A stretch of 64,000 bases of DNA from the human T2T-CHM13v2.0 reference genome, Homo sapiens. The position numbers and the translations under genes are program-made. The stretch lies in assembly GCF_009914755.1 (NCBI RefSeq), contig NC_060939.1; one strand, 5' to 3'. Under the pieces are notes generated by a model. It was not told where the DNA came from and did not search any database. It saw only the letters and a program-made list of their open reading frames with translations. This document shows, piece by piece, positions 15,431-29,912 of this stretch (position 1 is the stretch's first letter; every line of letters starts with the position of its first letter).

Positions 15431-17284
15431 TGAATGTCCCACAACTCCCTACCTTCCTACCCGCCAATGCCCTCCTCCTCACTTATCTGGACTCTGAAAG
15501 CATCTGAGCTTTTGACCCTGGGGTAAGGGAAGTAGCACATGAATAGGAGTCAGACCTCTGGGGATTTTAACCCTGGCTCACTGACATGTGTGAGGGCTGG
15601 AGAAAACCAGTCTTTCTGCCTGGGCCTCAGTTCCTCACCTGAAAAAAATCTCAGGGTTGAACTAGACAGTCTTCTAAGCCCCTTCAGCTCTAAAATACCA
15701 CCCTTTATGAACTCTTATGTGAAATTTTTCTGTTCAAAAATAATATTATATATCAAACCCTAATGCTATGAAACAAAAAACTGCTTTTCTGCCAAGAGTC
15801 TTTTCAATCCTTATAATGGTGCAAGTGACTGAAATGAAGATGGTCACAGAACAGAACCAAAAATGGAGTTCATAGCAACCAGAATGGAAGTCAGCTTTCC
15901 CAGCAGCTTCCGGCAGAGCCCTGCAAGCACCATGGGAAGCCTGGAATTCATTGGAAAGGACAGGAAGCTCTGTAGAAAACTTTTCATTTTCAATAAATGC
16001 ATTTCCAATTTCATCATGTTTTCCAGATGCTAAGGCACAGAATATAATGCCCCATTGCCTTGGACTCTGAGTTTGGCGTCCAGTCTGTCAGACTATGTTA
16101 ACTCACCCATATATGTAAACACATTAACAAGCACCGTTTGCATAGCATTTTACAGTTTACAGAGCAGCTCCAGATGCATTACATCATTTCATCCTCCCAA
16201 CCTCTGAGGTTGCAATCATCTGTTTCCTCAGAAAAAACAGTCTGAGAGAAGTGGAGGTTTTCCTCCAGACCATCCAGCCCTAGCTTCTCTGGCTTCCAAA
16301 TTTGTCCTCTTTCCCATCACCAAGAACCAAAGTCCTGGGTAATGCCGGAGCCACGCTGTGAGCACCAGCCTTTGGGCCAGGGGCCGATTATCCCACATTT
16401 GCAGAACAGGCTGGAGAAGATTCAGATCTTCTCAGCTCATTTCTCCAGATAGAAACATGTTGCTGAGAGCTGGCTCCAAACCCTTCTCTCCCGCTTCCAT
16501 TCCCTCCTTTGCCCTGAGGCAGATGGCTTGGCTTGGAGAGGCTCTCTGGTGTTAGACGCAGCAAGTTTTTCTTTCCCACACCCCATATATGATGGCTCTT
16601 TTGAAAATATCTTTCCTCCCCTCCCTCCAGCTGCTTGTGAGGGTGCAGGGCTTTAACTCAAGCAGACTTGGGGATGGATGGGACTCCTTCAGGTTTCACT
16701 GTTGACTGGCCTTGAAGAGCTTTGTGGCTTGGCCCCCACTTGCTCTCCTCTCTGCCAAGGCGTTGTGGTTCCCTCCCACTCTTGCACCTTCATGTGGCCC
16801 CCACTCTGCCCTGGTGTGCTGGAGGTCATCTTCCCTCCCTTCATGAGCCATTTTCAGCTCATTTTTTGGGCATATTGTCTCTTCATTTGCAAGAAAAAAT
16901 ACAAAGTAGTCTCTGTGAGTGTGATGATTCTGAGTCATTGCATACTGTCATCATTCTAGAACAAAAAGATGTCAAAAGGTGAGTGGATTGATTTCATCTG
17001 CAAGGGAATAGGCCTTCTCTTCTTTGTTTTATTCTCTTCTTTGTTTTACCCTTGATGACTCATTCAACCTGAATCAAAGCTGAGTAGTCTTGGCCTTCAA
17101 ATAGGAGGCTGGGGTGGTGGGGAGCAGAGCAGAGGCACCACCTAAACTGGGGCCATAGGCCTGAACCTTAGGAGCCATGTTCTTATGGCATGGAGCCTGC
17201 AGAAGGGGCTGAGAAAATAGAGAGGTAGCATGCAGAGCCCTTGCTCACGTTTGGACCTCGGTTTTCCCATCTATAAAAAACTTA

Positions 17285-17583
<299 letters not shown>

Positions 17584-17802
17584 CTCAAAAGGATCACACA
17601 AGAGCAGGTTGGGAAAGGGCTGGGGTGCGTGGTCTCAGTGTAAATATTTCCCTGACTGACTGTGCTTTCCTACCTTGGAATTGGAACCTTGATTCAAGAA
17701 AGGTTCAACGCTCACCTGGCTTAGGAACCTGGAGAGATGGAGAGAACAGGCTTTGCTGTCAGACAGACTTAGGTTTGGATACTCCCTCTCCTCCTTCCTC
17801 GC

Positions 17803-17880
17803 TGTGTGACCCTAGAATAATTACCCAACGTCTCTGAGTCTCGGTTTTGAGAGGGTGAGTAATTATTCTAGGGTCACACA
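17803..17880. ncRNA. MIR7973: MIR-derived hairpin corresponding to annotated microRNA locus MIR7973 (both strands, -1/-2)
   Basis: TGTGACCCTAGAATAATTAC at 17805-17824 and its exact reverse complement at 17859-17878. This 20-mer matches my recollection of mature miR-7973, and MIR7973-1/-2 are known to lie in the CYP19A1 5' intron. Confidence 0.75.
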
Positions 17881-19978
17881 GCCAGGAGGGAGCAGAGGGA
17901 ATATCCAAACCTAAGTCTTCCACGGCCTTGGATTCATGTAGTCTCCCTGATGGGTTTGCTGGCCTCACTCACCAGTGCGGCCTATGAGGCAGGACTCTGC
18001 AGGAGCCTAGAAGTAGTGAAGCAACACCCTGGGACAGCAGCTTTCAACATGGGGACTAGACCACAGCAGGAGGCCTATGAGAATAAAAGTATTGATTTTG
18101 GGAAAGAGGGACTTTTTGCCTTTATCATGGTGGAAGCCAGTATCTGTGGAGTCTCAGGCATGTTGGGCTTTTAGTGGTCCACAGACCCCCTGAGGTTCCT
18201 ACATAGGTGGCCCGGGGGTCCATGAAAAGCTCTGTGCCATTCTGGGAGAGTGATGAGATTCATCTCTGTAGTCCCTCCTTTCAATAAGAGTTTTAGTAAC
18301 ACCCCCTGGAGAATCAGTTCTTTGGGACTCTCCCAAGAAAACCATGACCAAATCATGCTAAACAAATCACACACTGTTCTGCCTTAGAACTCTAACTTGC
18401 ATCATTGTTTAGCCTGGAATGTCCTCTCTACCCACCAAAATCCTACCCATGTCGGAGACCCAGCTCCAATTCTAACTCTTCTAGAAAGTCCTTCAAAATC
18501 TCTCTAGCCCATTGCAATTTTTCCTTGCTCAAAACACATGGTCATGCCACCATTTTCTTCCTGGAGAATGGCTATTGCTTTTGTTTGTCAGCCTCTGTCT
18601 TTGTTTCTTCATAAGTGTTGGTTTCCTCCATTTTCCTCATTTCCTACTTCCGACCCAGTCTCCAAACCTGTTGGTTGTACCTCTTAAAGATGTCTCAAAT
18701 TCCTCAACCTCTCTGCACCTCTCTGGGCTGTTTCCTGGTTCAAGCCACTGTCCCTGGCAACAGCTCCTAATTGACCTCTCTGAATCCGATCCTGCTTGCT
18801 TTCATCCACTCTCTACCCCGAGGCCAGAGGACTCTAACATACAAATCTGCTGCTTCAAGCCCTTTATCTCACTGGCCTTGAGATAACACAGAAACTCTCC
18901 AACAGGCCTTTCAAAGTCCTTCACTTACGGGCCCCTGCCTACCTTGCTGGTTGTGTTTCTCAACACTCCCCACCTTCACCACCACCGTCACCCAGGCCTG
19001 CTGCAGTCCGGTCAGAAGGTTATGCGTGCTTCTGCACATTCTCTCCATGGGGAGTACACTTCCGTCCCAACTGCCAGACCCCTCATGGTGCATGCTTAGC
19101 TCACACATACTCAGTCTTCGGGTTTCCACTGTAATGATATCTCACCCACTCAGCCTTGCCCACCCTACCCCAGTCTACACCCAGAGTACCCCCTCCCCTC
19201 CCCATCACTGCAATCTTCATTTCATTTTGTAGTTGCTTGTTTACTTGCCTCTGTCCTTCACTAGACTACAAGCAATTTTAGAGCAAGAACCATATCTGCA
19301 CAGTTTACTGTTGTATACCCAGTTATATGGTTCTTGCTCTAAACCCAGTGCCAGGCTCAGTGTCTGCTGTTGGTAGAGGCTCAAGAAATAATTCTTGAAT
19401 AAATGAATGAAAAGTAGAATGAACCTATACATCCAGGCCCTCAAGGGCAGTGACTATTCCTCATGCTTCCCTGGATCTCCCTTCAGTGCCTAATTCAGGG
19501 CCCTGCAGATTCTGGGTGCCAAGGAAAGGAAGTGATTGTTTGCTCTTAGCAAAAAGGCCTCGTTATTTTAATAGCACGCTCCTCTATTTCTTCATGTTTC
19601 CCTCTCTTCAGATGGAAACTTGAACTACGTGCTGGCAAGAATGTGGCTGACAACACGGTGACCTGGATCTGCCTCCAGGGGTGCTGGCAGAGCAGGGCTC
19701 TCACGCAGGGTTAGGAGATGCACAGAATTCAAGGCTTCCGAGTGACAGTTAGCAGAACCTGAATGGGCTGCTCATCAAGGAAAAAGCCCTGATGGAGTCC
19801 AGGAACTCAAGTCCCAGTTCTGGTTCCTTCGCCATTCAGCTGTGCCATCATGGGCACATCACTTAGCCTCACTGGAGTTCAGTTTCCTCAGTAGTAAAAT
19901 GTGGTAAGGTAAGGGGAAGGACTAATAATTTATCTTCACTTACAACTCTGAGTTATTATTCTATGAAAAAAATATGTT

Positions 19979-20116
19979 GGCTGGGCATGTTGGCTCATGT
20001 CTCTAATCCCAGCACTTTGGGAGTTTGAGACAGGAGGATTGCTTGAGCCAGGAGTTCAAGACCAGCCTGGGCAACATAGCGAGATCCTGTCTCTACAAAA
20101 AATAAAAAAGAAAAAA
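19979..20116 (+). mobile_element. FLAM / Alu left monomer
   Basis: Single Alu monomer with A tail. Confidence 0.85.
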
Positions 20117-20289
20117 CATGTCATCATATTTCCACTAGAGGTGAAGAAAAATTGGGCTGTTTTCAACCTAAAAGTCAGGACAATTAACTTATCTAAAATG
20201 AGTTAAGTGTTTTGTAATAATAATCTCATATATTAGATAGGGCTTTAAACTTCTTAGTGAGTTTTTATATTTTTGGTTCTTTCAGTAGC

Positions 20290-21250
<961 letters not shown>

Positions 21251-22203
21251 GAGAAAACAATGATCTGCTTTATGCAAGCCCCTGTGCAAGATGCTGCAGG
21301 GGATGCAAAGGTATATGGGCTTTAGATACACAGAGATTTGGGCAAGAACATTCACCCCCACACAGAATGCAAGAACATTCTGTCTAGGGGTGAAAGAAAG
21401 GCCCAGAAGAGTTTGATATGGCAGAACCATGTGGGCATGAAGAGGACTCATGGGAGCTGTGGTGAGGGAATATGATGGAAGGTTCTTGAATGCCAGGCTA
21501 ATGAGGCTGGAGTTCATCCTGTGACAGAGCAGATAATCTTGTTCCAATGTACAAATGAAGAAGCCCAGACCTCAATAGGTTGAAGGACTTGTCCAAGGTC
21601 ACCCAGCCAGGGAGTGGCAGAGCCCATCTCAATTCTCCTGACACTTGGTCCAGTGCTATCCTTCAATTCTGTGCTCTTTGAGAGAATCTGGGGCAGACGG
21701 AGTATAAAGATTTCACACTTTGACACAGCCAGGGAACACGACTGTATCTCCCCACCCCCATCACACCCCAACATGTTCAAGAGGGGGCTTTGGGTGTTGC
21801 TAGAAGTGTAGGATCTGGACCTATCCTTAACTCAGAGCACTCTCCCTGGGCCTCCTGTGTAGCTCCCCTCACAAGGCTGTCACAGCTGGGGTGCTATCCC
21901 ACTGTGTAGTAAGTACCAATGTGTCTAGCACAGTGCTCGGTGCTTTATGTACATGATCTAATTTACTGCCCTCAACAGTCTAAAAATGTAAAAAAAAAAA
22001 TTTACAGGTGAATATGAAGAAACTGAGGATCTAAGAAATGAAGCCACTTAATTAAAGCCACTCAGTTGATAGCAAAGTGGAGATGCAAAGCCATGTTTGT
22101 TCAGCTCCAAAGATAAGTTCCAACAACCACATTCTAACATCTTCCTGATCCCTGCCAAAGCACAGAACAGTCTCTTGTCCCTACTCAGACTCCAAGGACT
22201 TAC

Positions 22204-22463
22204 CTGGTTTGATGGGCTGACCAGTGCCAGGGACCTCCTGTCAGGCTCCAGTTGGTCACGTTCTACTTGGAGCCAGGAGCCAGTTTCCCATCACATCACT
22301 CATGCCCCGCCCATGACCCCACATGGGTCAGGGATCTCCTGGAGAGGGGGCAGGCCTCTGCCTTCTGTGACCTCAATCTTCCTGGGACTCTTAGTCTTGG
22401 TTGGTCATGGGGCAGGGGTGTCAGAGTTTTCCCAATCTAGTTTCTAGATTTCACAGATTCCAG
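22204..22463 (-). other. CYP19A1: CYP19A1 untranslated exon I.4 (adipose/skin fibroblast, glucocorticoid + cytokine driven)
   Basis: Minus strand reads ...GTAGAACGTGACCAACTGGAGCCTGACAGGAGGTCCCTGGCACTGGTCAGCCCATCAAACCAG|GTAAGT (donor 22203-22198). Sp1 site GGGCGGGG at 22305-22312. TSS inferred from the known -133/-119 GRE and -282 GAS offsets, which both give ~22463. Confidence 0.9.
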
Positions 22464-22581
22464 AGGGCTGTTTCCTGGGATCAAGGACACTTTGTTTTTT
22501 GTGTCCTGACTGTGGCTGTCATGGTTAGAATGCATTCATTATGAATCGAGCTGACATTCTTTCAGGAAACAACTGGTCATT

Positions 22582-22596
22582 AGAACAGAATCTTCT
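22582..22596 (-). promoter_or_regulatory. CYP19A1: Glucocorticoid response element of promoter I.4
   Basis: Minus strand AGAAGATTCTGTTCT (half-site, 3 nt, TGTTCT), the described I.4 GRE. Confidence 0.9.
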
Positions 22597-22735
22597 CTCA
22601 TTACCAGCATTTGGAAAGTTGAGTTTCATTTTGTCGGTCATTCAATGTGCATCTTTCCAATAATGTGGTATGTCCAGCATTCCAGCATGAACCACATATT
22701 TCCCCAAGCTGACCATACAGCTTTCTTCTGGAACT

Positions 22736-22745
22736 TTCACAGGAA
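22736..22745 (-). promoter_or_regulatory. CYP19A1: GAS (STAT3) element of promoter I.4
   Basis: Minus strand TTCCTGTGAA, ~150 bp upstream of the GRE, as described for I.4. Confidence 0.88.
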
Positions 22746-23998
22746 ACACCCTGAGATGTAGCCTGCAGAGCTGAAGACGACAGATGAACCTCAGCCCCTC
22801 TGCATTCATTGCGCAACTATGAGGGGACAAGCACTTTGCCCTCAGTTGTCGTCAGCCCACACTATTCCTGTCTGGCACAGCCTTCCTTCCCATTGGCCAA
22901 ACTCTCACCATTCCTTTTCAAGCTCCGCCTAAGTGTCTCACCCCTACACCCTTTCCCTTAATCAGGCTGAAGTTGGAATGTGTTCACCCAATTTTATTAC
23001 AACTAAATATATTCAGCTTAGCCTAAGCTTTAGCAGATTTTAATAGTTATTAATGGAATATTCATCTATTTCCCTATACGCACTGTAATCAACATTCCCA
23101 TTCTCAAATGCACTACTTAAAGTATCTGAAGATCAGACACTTTAAGTAATTTAAATTTATGACAAAGTTTTCTGAAGATATAAGCAGATCCTGTTAGATA
23201 CAGATGCACATACAATTCTTATGAACAATTTCATGCACTGTAGCATGATCAAAATATCTGACCAGAGCCTGTCACTGCACCTTGTAGACATTCTTACAAA
23301 CAGCTCTTATCTAATCCTCATAACCCATCACCTGTCACCCATAAGGGACAACTAAACCATGGATCCACATGATTACTGAAGGCTTGTTTCTTCATTGGCT
23401 GCAGGAATCTCATGAAAATCATGTCTTCATATATAGCAAAACTTTGGGCTTATGCATCCTTCTAGGAAGAATAAGCAGTTAATGGGCATGAAAGGCCTTT
23501 GAACCCTATGTAGCCCTGCACGTGTGCAAGCTGCTCTTTTAAGTGGACAGCAAAAGACAGTGGCAGACGTCAGGCTGGGCTCCAGATCCAGCTCTACCTT
23601 AATAGTCAGGTGATCTCTATCAGGTCATTTGTATTCTCTGAACCTCAGGTTTCTTGTCTGCCAATGGAAATTATAATAATGCCTGCCCTGCTGTGAAGTT
23701 CAGATGAGCTCATGGATGTGAACACCTTCTGAGGGTCACAGAGCGACACTTGAATGCCAGCCATCATTTGTTCACGTATATTAACTCTTACTTTCTACAA
23801 CACTAGGAGATAGATATCATCCCCTCCTTTCACAGATGTGGAGACTCCAATGAGTAGACCTTTGAGGATCTGACCTTCCAACTCAAATCTCCCCATCCAA
23901 TGCTCTTCCCCTCTGTGCTCAGGCACCATCCTCGGCTCCCATCCCTGCTCACAGCTGCATCATGTGCATACTGTGAGCATCACATTGTATAGTCTTAC

Positions 23999-24099
23999 CT
24001 TAAGTCTGGGGTCCAATCAGTTGTCAAGAGCCACACACTGGGAAGAGGGAGATCAAGGAAAACCAGCCAAGCTCCTCCCAATATGAGGATGTTTGCCAA
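23999..24099 (-). other. CYP19A1: Probable CYP19A1 untranslated exon I.8
   Basis: Minus strand ...CATATTGGGAGGAGCTTGGC...TTGGACCCCAGACTTAAG|GTAAGA (donor 23998-23993). Lies between exons 2a and I.4. The 5' end is set from a recalled ~101-nt length, not seen directly. Confidence 0.6.
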
Positions 24100-24491
24100 G
24101 TTCCAGGGAGCACCTGCTACCCCCAGCCCTGGGTGAAGTAAGCACTGGAGAGAACAGACAGGATACAATGGCATTGCCCTGAGAAGGCTTTTTATCTGGC
24201 TGAGGCAAGGACTTAGAGACACAGGTAAGCAACAGTCAAGTACAAAACAGCACATGGTTAGGTGCCAGGTGAGTGAGGAGACCAGATGGACATTTCAGGT
24301 ACTCCATGTAAAGACACTGGCAATTTCTGAAGCTCCTTGTGGCCCCAAGAGGCCCAAAAGCTGTCTCAATCTGGGAAGACACCAAATCTGTATGATCTCT
24401 CCTTTTTCCTTAACCCCACTTCTCAGGTCCTCCTCTCAGCCCTGTTCCTTCCTGTCCCCAAAGCTCTGCCTTATCCTCTTCCCCTCTAACC

Positions 24492-24797
24492 CAGTGCTGT
24501 CCAATGGAGATAGAATGTGAGCCATGTAAGTAATCTTAAATTGTGTAACACACATATTAAAAAGAGAAACAGGTGAAATTAATCTTAATATATTTAATTC
24601 AACCCAGCATATTCTAAATGAAATTATTTCATCATGTAATCAATATTTTAAAAATGATTGAGAATTGTACATTCTTCACATCAAGCTTTCAAAATCTGGT
24701 GTGTGTTTTATCCTTACAGCACATCTCAATTCAGACCAGCCACACTCCAGTGCTCGACAGCCACCTGTGGCTCACGGCCTGTACTGGACAGTGCAGC
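24492..24797. mobile_element. hAT-Charlie MITE (MER33/MER3-like)
   Basis: Terminal inverted repeats CAGTGCTGTCCAAT ... ACTGGACAGTGCAG with an AT-rich MER33-like interior. Confidence 0.75.
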
Positions 24798-27586
24798 TGG
24801 AACCCAATGGGTGGGTTCTCTCCACCCTGTGCCTTCAACCCATTCCTGTCTCCCCACTCCAGCCTGCTTACTTCATCCAGGGCCTTGCTGTCTCTTGCCC
24901 ACACCCAAGCTACAGCCTTTGAACTTCCCAACCACCCTGCACACTGCTGGCCAAGCCCCACATAGAAGTCATCTGTGACCCACCAGTGCCTCTCCATTGC
25001 ACACATAATTCAGGCCCTTCACAATCATCACTGATGGACCCTGTGAGCACCCCTCCCCATCCACCCACCATGCCCCTAGATCCCCCATGACTGCCTACTG
25101 TTGGGGGAGCCCACCACACTTTCCTTCCCAGCCTGTGCTCACCCTGCTCCCTCTGCCACAATCCAATTTCCCTCATGATGCCCTGCCCAGTGGCCACCTT
25201 CTCCAGGAGCTCCTTCCCCATCTTTCGATTCGAAATCACTTACGCCATCCTTAGAGTCCTCAAACCAGTTCATCCACCCCCTCTGGCCCTAATTTCGTCT
25301 GCACATCTAGGGGTAGATTATCTCTGGGATCTTTAAGAAAAGACCTTCTAACTTGATCATATCTCTCTCTGTCTTGTAGATGATTTTTTAAGGTCCCACT
25401 TATGTCCCTCACTCATCTACAGGCTCCATGAAGTCAGATATCAAACATTTCCATTGCTACATTCTCCAGGCCTAATCTGCATCCTCCCAGAGTGGCTCTT
25501 CAGTGAACATCTACTGAATTGAACAGACATGCACAGAGCAGATGGACAGCACTAGGGACTTGTCCTCTGGCCCCAGAGGCCCATGAAAGAGTATCCAGGC
25601 AGGCTGGACTATGCTGGGAAGGGGGAAGGCCTGGGCCCTCATCGAAAGGGAAGGACCCCAAAAGGAAGAGAAACCCATCAACATCCTGTTAACTAAACGG
25701 AGAGAAATGCTGTTTAGGGGAAAAAAAAAAAAACATAATAAATAAAATTCCTGAGAGAAGCTGCTAAGTCAGGGAGCACCACACTCATCCCCTTCTGCAA
25801 GAGAATGAGAAGATGGAGCTACAGCTCCCGTCCCACATCAGCATCTGGTGTGGCCTTCCCGCCACGGGCCATGGGTCGGACCTGGCTCCACAGACAAAGG
25901 GGCTGCTTAGGCTGGGCTTGAAATAGGCTGAGTGAAAACCTGCGAGCCCCTGGCTGCTTCCCTGTGCATGGAAAGGAGCTGTTGGTGAGTATGGAGATCT
26001 CTGCCCTTGTCAGAGGAAGGCTTCCTCATCACAAGGCAGGGCAGGTGTCTGTGCCCAAGAGCTGAGCAGAGAACAAGCAGCCAGTGGAGGCTTTCGCCTG
26101 AACTGTGCAATCCTTACCTGATTGGGAAGTGCAAGTGACAATTAATAAATTAATAGCGAGTCACTTTATGTAAATACCTCTCTTTTTGTACACTATATTT
26201 AGAGAAACAAACTGCTTTGGCATTTAGAGATAAATTTTATGTAAGAGTTTATTGCTGCTTCTGCTGTTGTTACTGTTCATCATCCAGATAATAAAAGCAA
26301 ACTAGAAATACTCAAATGCCAGTACCACCTCCAATATATAAAATATATCCTAGGCCCCTTTCAGTCATCACATTCTTAACTTTTAGGAAGAGCCCTTGTC
26401 ATAATCTGATGCTTGACAAAATGTTTTCCATCCTTGCATCACCCCCACCCCCGCTTCCCCACTAGGATTTTGCAAGTGCATTTAACTGTAACAATCTTGA
26501 GGGAACACTAACTCACTGGGTGGCATTGGGCCAGCCTCTACTGTGCTGGGTCTCACCAGCTGGATTCAGCACCTCTCAGTTTCTCTCCCATTGTGGAGAC
26601 TTTTTCAGCTCCATGAGTCCATAACCTGTGATCCCATTAGGAAACAATGCAGTTGCTAGAATTTCATGTCTGTAGGGAACACATCCACTTCTGGCTGAAC
26701 TGTCCCTAAAATGCTGCTAACACAGAGCTTCCAAACTTTCAAGCCTCAATAATGGCTCCAAGGAATTCAGTGTTTTCTTCTGCACCAAATGAATGCTGGA
26801 GCTACAGGAAGGGCCCTGGACAAGCCTTAGTTGGCTTGGTTTAAAGAAGGAACTTGACCTACTGCCTTCTTCCTGTTTTCCCTTGCAGTGGCCTCCAGGG
26901 CCACTGTCTCTGGGCCTCTCCCCAAACCCCTACCACTATGTTATCACCACCCTGAGAGTCCAGGCCCTTGGGTGGCCCACAATTGCTCACCATGCCTGGC
27001 CTTTCTCCAGCCCTCTCTCTCCTTGCCTGCTGAGAAGCTCCTTCTTATAGGAAGCTGCTCTCAGGTAGGGAGTAGCCACACTCAGGCATAATACTTCCTA
27101 AAGAATTTAAGTGCAGATGTCCTATAGAAGGAAAAAATCAACTAAGCTTCCGAAGAAAGTAAAGTAAATAGTAGAACTTGTGGGATCAATGATAAACGGA
27201 GATGGAACTGTTTTATGGCATGAAAACCTTCCAGCACAAAATTTTTGGATTTGGATGTGTCTCTACTTTTTTTTTTTTTTCCAACCATGTGGTCTTGGGA
27301 AATTTATTTAACCACTGTGAAATTCAGTGTCTATGCCTATAAAATGGCTATGGAGTCACTGATCTACCCCCACAAGATAACATGAAAGTGCTTGCAAACT
27401 GTAAAGCTCAGCACAGACCTCAATGTCCATGCCCTGCCCCCAGCACCCTGCCTCCTCCTCTGCCAGGGTGTCATCTTCATCTCAGCCCTGACACTCAGAG
27501 CCCTGGAAAGAAGAGGGAGGGATGTACACCGGCGCTTTCCCTTCCAGCCTTCCCATACTGCATCCCCTCCCCACCTCCCAACTCAC

Positions 27587-27695
27587 CACAGGGATTTCCA
27601 AATGTTGCTTTGTGTGTGCGGATTTTTCCCCCCAAGAACACTCCAAATTTCTGGAATCCACAGGCTGAATTTCACCACAGGGTTTCTGACACCGC
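27587..27695 (-). other. CYP19A1: CYP19A1 untranslated exon 2a (I.2a), 109 nt
   Basis: Minus strand TTTCATAG|GCGGTGTCAGAAACCCTGTGGTGAAATTCAGCC...GGAAATCCCTGTG|GTGAGT. Has both acceptor (27697-27696) and donor (27586-27581); the length matches the known 109-nt placental insert exon. Confidence 0.92.
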
Positions 27696-29248
27696 CTATG
27701 AAAGGACAACGGGACTCTGTGCCAGGGCGGAAGGGAGGAGGGTCTGTGTGGAGTTTTCTACGTCATGGTTAAAATCAGGGGACCTGGGGATCTTGCTTTT
27801 TTTCCCTCCCTATCCAAAAACATGTCCCTTCTGACAATATTCACAGAATCTCTCAGCTCCCCCTACCCAAAGACTGGGCAGTGTGATGACAGGCTTGGTC
27901 CAATTTTACAATCAAGCAGCACTTGGAATGGGGCTATTCCCACACATGAAGGCCAGTCAGAAGACACCCCACCAGCCCCAAAAAGAGTGGACACACTAAT
28001 TTATGTAAAGGTAGACATTTCTGGTCATTGCCAAAGATGAATATTTTATAAAGGCATAACTTCTTGGGAATTATTCTAGTTATTTCTAGGTACCATTAGC
28101 CTCATATAATAACAATTTGTTCCCAAATAAGTTTAGGAATTTTTCCAAAGATGCTAACATAGAAATAAGAGTGAATAAAACAAAGCCGATTTATAGGCTA
28201 CCAGAACATTGTAAAGAGAGGGGCCATCACACTGATTGAGCCCCACTCTGATGAATTAAGTAATGTACCCTGTGTGACAACATAACAGACCAATGAGGTT
28301 AGAACCAGTTCTTCTAATCCAGGCCAGCTCCTGGCTGGTTGAGAATGAAATGGCAATAAAATAATATAAACTAAAACATAATTATTAGCCAAAAATAAAA
28401 GGCAACTTTAAAACTGGTTAAAAACGAAATGTCTACTTAAATCCAACTAGCAAACAAACACATAGAAATTAAAATTGAGAAAAAGCAATGGAAGATGCAA
28501 ATTTTAGACAGGTAGAGTAAATGTTAACAGGAAATCCTTTAAGTTGTCCACTGATCTAGAATTTTTATTATCAGTTCTAGGGACCCTAGGGGTTATAATT
28601 CTGAGGTGGAAGTGATTTTATGTTGGGAAAACAAAAGTCAGAGGCAAAACAATAACAAAATTCTGGGGTGTGTTACAAATTAAAGTCAGAAGTAGATCTG
28701 TAACCTCATTTTTGGTGAAAATGAGAAAGCAGGATAAATAAAGAAAATACTTCCTTTCCCCTCCTCACAAAGGGAACAAAATACCAGTTACAAGAAAAAC
28801 AAAATAATTAAGAGAATTCCTGAACCAGGTAAAATTTCCAAGTTTAGGGCACACGGTTATGTGCCTGTAGTCCCAGCTGCTTGGGAGGCCAGAAGATTGC
28901 TTGAGCCCAGGAGGCTGAGGCCAGCTTGGGCAAGAAGCAAGAGACCCTATCTCAAAAAACATTCCCTGTTTGCCTAGGGTCAGTGTCCAAGCCAAGTTGC
29001 TACAGGGTGAAGCCCTTATAGTGGATCTGAATGGCAAGCTGAAGACAGATGTCCTGTGGGTGTTCTTCACTGGCAGGGTGTAGGAGTGGTGAGGACTGAG
29101 GAGTCTGGGAAGAAAGATCCCATTGTAAGGACTTGCAGCCCATAGATATTCGCCTCCCCTGCCACCCACTTTTTCTGCTCTAGCCTCTTGGGCTAGCAGA
29201 GTATGACACTAACCATGAGGATTGAGCTTCATACTTATCCAACAAGTA

Positions 29249-29912
<664 letters not shown>

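Noticed and set aside
14868-15482. 204-aa minus-strand hydrophobic ORF
   Set aside because: Antisense of an A-rich L1 ORF1 remnant, with a non-ATG start.
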